NCBI GenBank assembly: GCA_900617105.1
Contig: UYFQ01000003.1
Coordinates: forward strand, 1-56,995
Direction: 5' to 3'
DNA: 56,995 nucleotides
From: Hydrurus foetidus
Taxonomy: Eukaryota
Shown piece by piece: positions 12,170 through 21,120 of the stretch. The position numbers were made by a program, and so were the translations under genes. The notes beneath the pieces are model-generated. The model was given only the letters and a program-made list of their open reading frames with translations, made no database searches and was not told where the DNA came from. Within the stretch, counting starts at the first letter, position 1, and every line of letters starts with the position of its first letter.

Positions 12170-13759
12170 ATGAAGACCTTGAGCGGCCTTGACGCCACCT
12201 TTTTGTACCTGGAAACACCGGAAATGCCCATGCACGTGGGCTCCTTCTGCCGATACGCCCTGCCGGCCATACCGCGCTACAGCTTCCACAAGGCAGTCAC
12301 CGAGCACATCGGCGCGCGCCTGCACCTGGCCGAGGTGTTCAGCCGCAAGCTCGGGCTGATGCCGCTGGACCTGGGCCACCCCGTGTGGTTGCGGGTAGAC
12401 GACGTGGACCTGGGCTTCCACATCCGCAAGGTCAAGGGCCGCGCGATCACCTTGGCCCAGGCGCAGGCCATGGCCACGGCCCTGCACACCGAGCTGATAG
12501 ACCGCAGCCGCCCGCTCTGGGAGTTCCATGTGTTTAACCGCGTGCTGTGCCCGGATGGCACGGTGTGCTGCGCCATGTACGCGAAGATCCACCACGCCAC
12601 GCTGGACGGCAAGGCGGGGGCCATCCTGAGCCAAGCCATGATGGACGTGAGTGCCACCCCGCGCGAAGTGCCCCCGCCGCACGCCGCGGGCCGTAAACCA
12701 CAGGATTTGAAGATCGGCCAGATGCTGGGTGCGGTGTTCTCCAACACCCTGGCCCAGTACGCCAAGCTGGCCCGCGCCCTGCCCCAGGCCGCGCGGGCGC
12801 TGGGCAGCACGGTGGCCAAGCAAACGCTGCTGGGCAAAGGCACCGGGCTGCGTGCCAAGTCGCCCATCAGGCTGGCGCCGCTCACCGTCTTCAATGTGGC
12901 CGTGGGCACCGAGCGCAGCTTTGGCACGGCCAGCGTGTCGTTTGCCGACTGCCGCGCCATGGCGCAGGCCGTGGGCGGCTCGTTCAACGACATCGTGCTG
13001 TGGATCTGCGCCACCGCGCTGCGCAGCTACCTGGCGCAGCACAGCAGCATTCCGCGCAAGCCGATGCTGGCCGCCATGCCGGTGAGCCTGCGCGAAGCCG
13101 GCAACAACGACTACAGCACCCAGGCCTCCATGACCGTGGTGGAGCTGGGCACGCATCTGGCCCATCCGCTGAAACGGCTGCAGGCCATCATGGAATCCAC
13201 CGCCAAGGTGAAGGACGCCATGGCCAACCTCAAAAGCATGCTGCCCACCGACTACCCCTCGCTGCTGGCGCCGTGGGTGGTGGGCGGTGTGGCCAAGGCC
13301 GCGTTCAAGACCTACAGCGCCACCGGCCTGTCCAGGCGCCTGCCCATGGTGGCCAACCTGGTGATCAGCAATGTGCCTGGCCCGCAGATACCGCTGTACT
13401 TGGCCGGCGCACGCATGCTTGGCTTCCACCCCATGTCGATCGTGGTCCACGGCATTGCGTTGAACGTCACCATCCAGACCTACGCGGGCAGTGTGGAATT
13501 TGGCGTGATTGCCGACCGCGACGCCGTGCCGCAGATGCAAGACCTGACTGCAGCGCTGGAGGCCGCGTTTGCGGAAGGTCGCGCGCTGCTGGCCCGCGCC
13601 AACGCCGAAAAAGCGCCACCAACTGCCCCCGCAGTCGCCAAGGCGACGAAAAAACAGAGTGCCCCAACTAAAGCCGCTGCACCACGGCGGGGCGGGGCGG
13701 CAAAAGCTGCTACCGTGAAAACCTCTTCTTTAAGAAAGCGGCCAGCGAAGGCCGCCTGA
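12170..13759 (+). CDS. Wax ester synthase/diacylglycerol acyltransferase (WS/DGAT)
   Basis: LSGLDATFLYLET..MPMHVG, catalytic HHATLDG, NLVISNVPGP; AGGAG RBS upstream of ATG 12170. Confidence 0.93.
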   Translation: MKTLSGLDATFLYLETPEMPMHVGSFCRYALPAIPRYSFHKAVTEHIGARLHLAEVFSRKLGLMPLDLGHPVWLRVDDVDLGFHIRKVKGRAITLAQAQAMATALHTELIDRSRPLWEFHVFNRVLCPDGTVCCAMYAKIHHATLDGKAGAILSQAMMDVSATPREVPPPHAAGRKPQDLKIGQMLGAVFSNTLAQYAKLARALPQAARALGSTVAKQTLLGKGTGLRAKSPIRLAPLTVFNVAVGTERSFGTASVSFADCRAMAQAVGGSFNDIVLWICATALRSYLAQHSSIPRKPMLAAMPVSLREAGNNDYSTQASMTVVELGTHLAHPLKRLQAIMESTAKVKDAMANLKSMLPTDYPSLLAPWVVGGVAKAAFKTYSATGLSRRLPMVANLVISNVPGPQIPLYLAGARMLGFHPMSIVVHGIALNVTIQTYAGSVEFGVIADRDAVPQMQDLTAALEAAFAEGRALLARANAEKAPPTAPAVAKATKKQSAPTKAAAPRRGGAAKAATVKTSSLRKRPAKAA

Positions 13760-13769
13760 AAAACGTCGT

Positions 13770-14567
13770 ATGGCAAAAGCAAGCGCTCCGCAAACCGATC
13801 CTCCCCCGGCCCCGAATGCCTGGCTGATGGCGCTGGAAATGCGGGCCCCCTGGGAACTCTGGTCTCTGCTGCCCAGTTGGCCCGCGTTGGCCAAGGCCCC
13901 GGTGGGTGATGGCCACCCGGTCATCGTGTTCCCCGGCCTGTCGGCCAGTGATGGCTCCACGCTGCCGCTGCGCAGCTACCTCAAAAACCTGGGCTACGAC
14001 ATTTCGGGCTGGAACCAGGGCTACAACTTTGGCCCACGCGCCGGTGTGCTGGAGACCGCCAAACGCCAGGTGCAGGAGACGGCCGATGCCAGCGGCGAGA
14101 AGGTCAGCCTGGTGGGCTGGAGCCTGGGCGGCATCTACGCCCGCGAACTGGCCAAGGCCCTTCCGGAGCAGGTGCGCAGCGTCATCACCCTGGGCAGCCC
14201 GTTTGCCGGATCGCACAAGAGCACCAACGCCTGGCGTCTTTACGAACTCGCCAGCGGGCGCAGCATCGCCCAGGAGGTGGAAAACTTCGACCTGCCGGCC
14301 GCACCGCCCGTGCCCACCACATCCATCTATTCGCGTACCGATGGCGTGGTGGCCTGGTCTGCCAGCCTGCAGGCCGGCAGCAAAACCAACCCGCACACCG
14401 AAAACGTAGAGGTGTTTGCCAGCCACATCGGCTTGGGCCTGAACCCCACAGCCTGGTGGGTGGTAGCCGACCGGTTGGCCCAGGCACCCGGCGCCTGGAA
14501 ACCGTTTGAACCGACGGGCCGGCTGCAGCAGTGGGTGTTTCCGGACTCCAAACACAAAGAGCGCTGA
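13770..14567 (+). CDS. Alpha/beta hydrolase (lipase/esterase-like)
   Basis: GWSLGG nucleophile elbow, VITLGSP, YSRTDGVV, SHIGL. Confidence 0.88.
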   Translation: MAKASAPQTDPPPAPNAWLMALEMRAPWELWSLLPSWPALAKAPVGDGHPVIVFPGLSASDGSTLPLRSYLKNLGYDISGWNQGYNFGPRAGVLETAKRQVQETADASGEKVSLVGWSLGGIYARELAKALPEQVRSVITLGSPFAGSHKSTNAWRLYELASGRSIAQEVENFDLPAAPPVPTTSIYSRTDGVVAWSASLQAGSKTNPHTENVEVFASHIGLGLNPTAWWVVADRLAQAPGAWKPFEPTGRLQQWVFPDSKHKER

Positions 14568-14581
14568 CCCGGCTGGGTCAG

Positions 14582-14636
14582 TGCTCTTCTTTTGATAGCT
14601 GCTTCCGCAGCATCTACGGGGGCTGAAAGCCTATTT
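14582..14636 (+). repeat. 55-bp dispersed repeat, copy 4 (between convergent hydrolase and ppa, touching the ppa stop)
   Basis: tgctcttcttttgatagctgcttccgcagcatctacgggggctgaaagcctattt. Confidence 0.8.
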
Positions 14637-15171
14637 ACGCCTGCTGCTTGTTGTAGTTGGCGATGCCGTCCATGATTTCCTTCTTGGCGGACTCCGGGCC
14701 TTCCCAGCCTTGCACCTTGACCCATTTGCCTTCTTCCAAGTCTTTATAGTGCTCAAAGAAGTGGGCGATGGTCTTCAGGCGGAAGGGGTTCAGGTCTTCC
14801 GGTTTTTGCCACTGGGTGTACAGCGACAGAATCTTGTCGATGGGCACCGCCAGAACCTTGCCGTCTTCGCCGGCTTCATCCGTCATCTTCAGGATGCCGA
14901 TGGCGCGGCAGGTCACCACCACGCCGGGAATCAGGGGCACGGGGGTGATCACCAGCACGTCCACAGGGTCGCCATCACCGGAGATGGTCTTGGGCACATA
15001 ACCGTAGTTGGTGGGGTAGTGCATGGCGGTGCTCATGAAGCGGTCCACAAAAATGGCTCCCGAGTCCTTGTCCACTTCGTATTTCACCGGGTCGGCGTTC
15101 ATGGGGATTTCGATGATGACGTTGAACGCGTCGGGAACTTTGCTGCCGGGGGTGACTTTGTCGAGGGACAT
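14635..15171 (-). CDS. ppa: Soluble inorganic pyrophosphatase (family I)
   Basis: [32 protein letters not shown]. Confidence 0.97.
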   Translation of the reverse strand: MSLDKVTPGSKVPDAFNVIIEIPMNADPVKYEVDKDSGAIFVDRFMSTAMHYPTNYGYVPKTISGDGDPVDVLVITPVPLIPGVVVTCRAIGILKMTDEAGEDGKVLAVPIDKILSLYTQWQKPEDLNPFRLKTIAHFFEHYKDLEEGKWVKVQGWEGPESAKKEIMDGIANYNKQQA

Positions 15172-15418
15172 GCGTGTGCTCTTTATTGAAAGTAAGAAAA
15201 CGGGAAACCTTCGGGAGGGGAAACCTAGGGATTAACCCGGATTTTACTGACTTGGCACTTGCGTTTTCCCGGGACCGTCATCAAAGCACGCTACATTCGG
15301 CCCGTTGGCCAATCATCTCCCCTTGCTTTGTGGGGTTGGAGCACTGAGGAAGCAACGCAGCGGGGGCATCGCTAGCGTTGTTCCCTCCTTCGCGAAACAA
15401 CCATAGAGGAGTATTTCT

Positions 15419-17262
15419 ATGACGGGCAACTCGGCGCTAATTTTGGCGCTCGTGTGTGGATTCATCGCCGTGGCATACGGTGTTTGGGCACGCAGTTGGA
15501 TTCTTTCCCAAGACGCTGGCAATGCACGGATGCAAGAAATTGCAGCCGCCATTCAGACCGGTGCAGCGGCCTATCTTTCTCGGCAGTACAAAACCATCGC
15601 CATCGTGGGCGTGGTGCTGGCGGTTCTGATTGCCGTGTTTCTGGACTCCTTAAGCGCCGTGGGCTTTGTCGTGGGCGCGGTGCTTTCGGGCGCTTGTGGC
15701 TTCATCGGCATGAATGTGTCGGTGCGCGCCAATGTACGCACCGCGCAAGCCGCTACCAAGGGCATTGGCCCCGCGCTGGACGTGGCCTTCCGCGGCGGCG
15801 CCATCACCGGCATGCTCGTGGTGGGCTTGGGCCTGCTCGGCGTGACCGGCTTTTACTGGTTCCTGGTGCCGGATGGCATGGTGACCACCGCCAAGCTCAA
15901 CCCGCTAATTGGCTTTGCGTTTGGCTCATCGCTGATTTCCATCTTCGCCCGTCTGGGCGGCGGCATTTTCACCAAGGGCGCTGACGTGGGCGCTGACCTG
16001 GTGGGCAAGGTCGAAGCGGGCATTCCTGAGGACGACCCGCGCAACCCGGCCGTGATTGCCGACAACGTGGGCGACAACGTGGGCGATTGCGCTGGCATGG
16101 CCGCCGACCTGTTCGAGACCTATGCAGTGACCTTGATCGCTACTATGGTTTTAGGAGCGCTCCTCGCAAGCTCAGCAGGCATGGTAGCCGTTATTTACCC
16201 CTTGGCGCTGGGGGGTGTCTCCATCATTGCGTCCATCATTGGTTGCTTCTTCGTCAAGGCCACGCCGGGCATGAAGAACGTGATGCCAGCGCTGTACAAG
16301 GGGCTGGCTGTGGCGGGTGTGCTGTCGCTGATCGCCTTTTTCTTCGTCACACAATGGCTGATTCCTGACAACGCCATCACCGCCACGGGCAGCACGATGA
16401 AGCTGTTTGGAGCTTGCGCTGTGGGCTTGGTGCTGACGGCTGCACTGGTGTGGATCACCGAGTACTACACCGGCACGCAGTACGCACCGGTACAACACAT
16501 CGCGCAAGCCTCAACCACCGGACACGGCACCAACATCATTGCCGGCCTGGGCGTCTCCATGCGCTCCACCGCCTGGCCCGTGCTGTTTGTGTGCGCGGCC
16601 ATCTACAGCGCCTTTAACTTGGGTGGTTTGTACGGCATCGCCATCGCAGCCACCTCCATGCTGAGCATGGCCGGCATTGTGGTGGCGCTGGACGCCTACG
16701 GCCCCATCACCGACAACGCCGGTGGCATCGCCGAAATGGCCGAGTTGCCCGCCAGCGTGCGCGATATCACCGATCCGCTGGACGCGGTGGGCAACACCAC
16801 CAAGGCCGTGACCAAGGGCTACGCCATTGGTTCCGCTGGCCTGGCAGCCCTGGTGCTGTTTGCCGACTACACCCATAAGCTGGATGCGTTTGGCAAGCAC
16901 ATCACCTTCGATTTGAGCGACCCCATGGTCATCATTGGCCTGTTCATTGGTGGCCTCATTCCTTACCTTTTCGGCGCCATGGCGATGGAGGCCGTGGGCC
17001 GCGCAGCCGGCGCGGTGGTGGTGGAAGTACGCCGCCAGTTCAAGGAAATCAAGGGCATCATGGACGGCACGGGCAAGCCCGAGTACGACACCGCGGTAGA
17101 CATGCTGACCACCGCCGCCATCAAGGAAATGATGATTCCCTCGCTGCTGCCCGTGGTCGTGCCGATCGTAGTCGGCCTGGCTCTGGGCCCTGCCGCCCTG
17201 GGTGGCCTGCTCATGGGCACCATCGTGACCGGTCTGTTTGTGGCGATCTCGATGTGCACCGG

Positions 17263-17298
<36 letters not shown>

Positions 17299-17473
17299 AG
17301 ACGGCCACCACGGCGGCAAGGGCTCCGAGCCCCACAAGGCCGCCGTGACCGGTGACACCGTAGGCGACCCCTACAAGGACACAGCCGGCCCCGCCATCAA
17401 CCCGCTGATCAAGATCATCAACATCGTGGCGCTGCTGATCGTGCCATTGATGATGAAGATTCACGGCGGCTGA
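15419..17473 (+). CDS. hppA: Membrane-bound proton-translocating pyrophosphatase, probably K+-independent
   Basis: [47 protein letters not shown] (Lys at the K+-dependence determinant), [10 protein letters not shown]. Confidence 0.95.
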
Positions 17474-17489
17474 GTTCTACCCGCCCCCT

Positions 17490-17518
17490 GAAAAGGCCCG
17501 CCTCGGCGGGCCTTTTTC
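17490..17518 (+). terminator. Intrinsic terminator after hppA
   Basis: aaaaggcccgcc-tc-ggcgggcctttt perfect hairpin with T tail. Confidence 0.9.
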
Positions 17519-17589
17519 ATGTAACAAACTGTCGTGGCTTTGCGCTACCATGGCGTTATAGGGCAGCCCCGCCCGTCTTGAAGTGACCC

Positions 17590-18228
17590 GTGAAAATACT
17601 CGTAGTTGATGACCATGCCCTGGTGCGCGAAGGCTTGCACCAGGTGCTCAAAGGACTGGATGAAAACGTCAGCGTGCTGCAGGCCGGCACCTGCGCGCAG
17701 GCGTTCGCCATTGCCGATGCCCACCCGGACCTGGATCTGGTGTTGCTGGACTACCACTTGCCCGACATGACCGGCCTGCAGGCTTTGGATGTATTTGGCA
17801 AAGAACACCCGGAACTGCCCATCGTCATGCTGTCCGGCTCCGCCAACATCCAGGTCATGCGCCAGGTGTTGCAGTCAGGTGCATCGGGGTTCGTGACCAA
17901 GTCCACCCTCAGTGACGAACTGCTGCACGCCGTACGCCTGGTGCTGGATGGTGATGTGTATTCCCCGCTGGAGCTGGAAGGCGACTTTGGCGCCCCCCCC
18001 TTCGACGCCGCTTCTGCCAAACCCCCACTTACGCAGCGCCAGGAGCTGGTGCTGCGTGAGCTGCTGGACGGCCGCTCCAACCGCGAAATCGGCACCAGCT
18101 TGAACGTCTCCGAAGAAACCGTCAAAACCCATGTGACCTCCATCCTGCGCTACTTTGATGTGCAGAACCGCACCCAGGCCGTCGTGGCTGCAGCACGCAG
18201 CGGCTACCGCGCCAGCCAGCCCACCTGA
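17590..18228 (+). CDS. NarL/LuxR-family response regulator
   Basis: REC (LVVDDH, LLDYHLPD) plus HTH (LTQRQELVL...SNREIG...EETVKTHV). Confidence 0.93.
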   Translation: MKILVVDDHALVREGLHQVLKGLDENVSVLQAGTCAQAFAIADAHPDLDLVLLDYHLPDMTGLQALDVFGKEHPELPIVMLSGSANIQVMRQVLQSGASGFVTKSTLSDELLHAVRLVLDGDVYSPLELEGDFGAPPFDAASAKPPLTQRQELVLRELLDGRSNREIGTSLNVSEETVKTHVTSILRYFDVQNRTQAVVAAARSGYRASQPT

Positions 18229-18240
18229 ACCTTCGCCGGC

Positions 18241-20181
18241 TTACATCTCGTCGACCACCGGCACGGCCGCCATGGCCAGGCGGCGCAACAAGCTCCGCAG
18301 CTTGGCCGGGCGCACCGGCTTGTGCAGCAGGGTCAGCCCCGCTTCCTTGGCGGCCTGGATCAAGGTGGCGTCAGTGTCACCACTCATCAAGCACGCGGGA
18401 ATTTCGCGCCGGGCAGTCGCCCGCACCATGGCAATCACATCCAGACCATTGCGCTCCTCACCCAGCCGGAAGTCGCTCAACACCACATCGGGCGCAGCGT
18501 AGCCATTGGCAAAGTCCAGCGCTTGGGCCACCGATGCCGCCGCATGCACAACGCAGCCCCAGGAGGTGAGCAAATCGCTAATGGCCTCCAGCGCGAAGCC
18601 GTCGTCCTCGATCACCAACACCCGCATGCCCTCCAGCCCCAGCAGACTGGCGGGCTCCGGGGCCACCACCGCACTCAGGCTGTCTACCGCCTGCGCCATC
18701 GGCAGAAAAATGGAGAAGCGCGTGCCGCAGCCCAGATCCGAACGCAAGGCAATCGGGTGACCCAGCAGCTGCGCCGTACGCTCCACGATGTTCAGGCCCA
18801 GACCCAGACCCTGGGTCCGGTCCCGACCGGAGTTGCCCACCTGGTAGAACTCTTTGAAAATGTCTGCTTGGTGCTCCGGGGAAATCCCGATACCGCTGTC
18901 GGACACATCCAGACGCAGCGTCCGCCCGCCTTCCACACTACGGCAACTGATCAACACGCTGCCCCGCTCGGTGTAGCGCAAGGCATTGTTGGCCAGGTTC
19001 ATCACCATGCGTTGCAGCAGCATGGGGTCGGTCAGCGCCCAGTGCGTGCTGGGGCGCACCCGCATCCGCAAGCCCTTGCTTTCAGCCAAGGGCAGCAGCG
19101 CCTTGCGCAAGCTGGTAAACAGCTCCCCCACATTCACCGCGCCACGCTGCACCTGCACCGCGCCCGCGTCCAGGCGCGAGATGTCCAGCAGGCCGTCCAG
19201 CAAGTCCTGCATGGACTGCACCGAGGCCTCCAGGCTTGCGACCAACTGGCGTGTGGGCATGTCCAGCGGCAGCTGCCCCAGCCGGGCTACAAACATGCCC
19301 AGCGCGTGGGTGGGCTGGCGCAGATCATGGCTGGCTGCCGCCAGAAAACGGGACTTGGCCATGGTGGCGGTCTCGGCCTCTTCTTTTTTGAGTCGCAGCT
19401 CACGCGTGGCGGACTCCACCCGGAACTCCATTTCCTCGCGCCCCCAGGCCAGCCGCTGCGCCATCTGGTTCAAGCGGGTTTGCAGGACATACAGCGGGTC
19501 CGTGGGCAAGGCCTCTGAGCTGGGGGTCAGGTCCCCCTCGCCAATGCGCTCGATCATGCGCGACACCCGCAACACAGGCCGTACCACCCCTTCACCCATG
19601 CGCGTGGCCAAGAAGCCACCGAGGACCAGCCCCGCAAAGCCCACCGCCAGCGCCAGCAGCAGCAGCTCGCGCTCACGCGTCAGCAAACGCCCGCGGGAAA
19701 TTTCCACCACCACATGGCCTAGCACCATGGGTGTCTGCACGGGCGAGGCGGCGCTGGAACCAAAAAAGTCGTCCAGCGGCACACTGTTGGACGACACCGG
19801 CTCCGCCAGCACATCGATATCTCGGCTGCGCTGGAAGGCTTGATAGACCGCACCTGTAGCTTCTTGCAGGCCCTTGTATTGCAGCACCCCGGTGCTCGCC
19901 AGCATACGCCCATCAATATCGAACACGGCCACGGAGCGCACATCGGCCTCGCGTTGCACACCGCCCAGCACCAGCTGCAGCGCCGACACATTGCCAGAAA
20001 ACAACCCGTATTCACTGGCCAGGGCCGCCTGGCGCGCCATCAGCTTGGCGCGCAGGTCGTGCGACTCGTCCAGGTCCGCCACACGGCTGGTCCAGAAAAT
20101 TGCGACCAAGGCCACCACCACCAGAAAAACCGGCAGCAGTGCGGCGGCCAGCATGCGGGCGCGAATGCCGGGGAACATCAT
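18241..20181 (-). CDS. Hybrid sensor histidine kinase (periplasmic sensor-HAMP-HisKA-HATPase-REC)
   Basis: H-box SRFLAAASHDLRQP, NLANNALRYT, DSGIGI, GLGLGL, C-terminal REC (VIEDD, LSDFRL, LHKP). Confidence 0.93.
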   Translation of the reverse strand: MMFPGIRARMLAAALLPVFLVVVALVAIFWTSRVADLDESHDLRAKLMARQAALASEYGLFSGNVSALQLVLGGVQREADVRSVAVFDIDGRMLASTGVLQYKGLQEATGAVYQAFQRSRDIDVLAEPVSSNSVPLDDFFGSSAASPVQTPMVLGHVVVEISRGRLLTRERELLLLALAVGFAGLVLGGFLATRMGEGVVRPVLRVSRMIERIGEGDLTPSSEALPTDPLYVLQTRLNQMAQRLAWGREEMEFRVESATRELRLKKEEAETATMAKSRFLAAASHDLRQPTHALGMFVARLGQLPLDMPTRQLVASLEASVQSMQDLLDGLLDISRLDAGAVQVQRGAVNVGELFTSLRKALLPLAESKGLRMRVRPSTHWALTDPMLLQRMVMNLANNALRYTERGSVLISCRSVEGGRTLRLDVSDSGIGISPEHQADIFKEFYQVGNSGRDRTQGLGLGLNIVERTAQLLGHPIALRSDLGCGTRFSIFLPMAQAVDSLSAVVAPEPASLLGLEGMRVLVIEDDGFALEAISDLLTSWGCVVHAAASVAQALDFANGYAAPDVVLSDFRLGEERNGLDVIAMVRATARREIPACLMSGDTDATLIQAAKEAGLTLLHKPVRPAKLRSLLRRLAMAAVPVVDEM

Positions 20182-21116
20182 GGGCGTTTCTCCAGGCGAC
20201 GCAGGCGCTCGCTGAGCACACCTTCGTCCAGCGTCAGTCCCAGGGACCTGGCGACGTAGTCGTTCACCACCACACTGAACTCCAGCGGGTACTGCGACAG
20301 GGGCATGGCTCCGCCCTGCAACAGGGCGCGTGCCATGGTAGCTGCCTGCCCCCCGATCTGGCGTGGCGCACTGTGCAAGGACATCAGCGCACCCGCCTTG
20401 GTGTAGGCCGGCGAGAATGCCACCAGAGGAACCCGTGAGCGGTAAGTGGCCAGCAGGATGTTGGAAATCGTGGTGCCACTGTAAACCGCCGGGTCTGCCA
20501 CCGCCAGCAGCGCGTCGGTGTCACTCAGTACGGCTTTCAGTCCGGCATACAGCGTGGTGGACGAGATCACGGTGCTGCTCACGATGTCCAGCCCCCGAGA
20601 CTGCGCGGCAGCGACCAGGCCCGCCTGCTGCAGTATCGACTCATGGCCCCACAACACCCCCACCCGTTTGGCATCAGGCAAGGCCAGGCGCAGCAGGTCC
20701 AGTTGGCGCGGAAACGGCTGGTCCAGGTACAAGGCAGCTATGCCCACTGTGGATTTGTGCACCGTTTCGCGCACGATGCGCTCAAACCCCAAACGCGGAA
20801 TCAATGCAGCAATGATGGGGGGGCGCCCGTCCCGGGGCAGTGCCCTTCCCAGAGCCTCGGCCCCCAGAGTAATCCAGACCTTGCCTCCCTGCAGCCCTGT
20901 CACCTCGGCTCCCGGTGTGTCAGGCACCACCAGCTGCGCGATGTCCGCGCGGTCCATGCCCGAGCGCACCAGCTCGGCCACCACGGCCTGGGCGGCTTCC
21001 GAGTAGCCGGCGCTGCGCTCGCTGCTCAGAATGACAACGTCCGCGCCCCAACACGCAAAGGCGCTACATAGCACCAGCGCAATCAGGTATCGCGAAAACG
21101 TGGCCAGCCCCCACAT
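20178..21116 (-). CDS. Periplasmic ABC-type substrate-binding-like protein
   Basis: Signal peptide; LDQPFPRQLDLL, ALLAVADPAVY, AYTKAGAL, VNDYVARSLGL resemble the ABC_sub_bind family; overlaps kinase start (ATGA). Confidence 0.75.
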   Translation of the reverse strand: MWGLATFSRYLIALVLCSAFACWGADVVILSSERSAGYSEAAQAVVAELVRSGMDRADIAQLVVPDTPGAEVTGLQGGKVWITLGAEALGRALPRDGRPPIIAALIPRLGFERIVRETVHKSTVGIAALYLDQPFPRQLDLLRLALPDAKRVGVLWGHESILQQAGLVAAAQSRGLDIVSSTVISSTTLYAGLKAVLSDTDALLAVADPAVYSGTTISNILLATYRSRVPLVAFSPAYTKAGALMSLHSAPRQIGGQAATMARALLQGGAMPLSQYPLEFSVVVNDYVARSLGLTLDEGVLSERLRRLEKRP

Positions 21117-21120
21117 GCCG

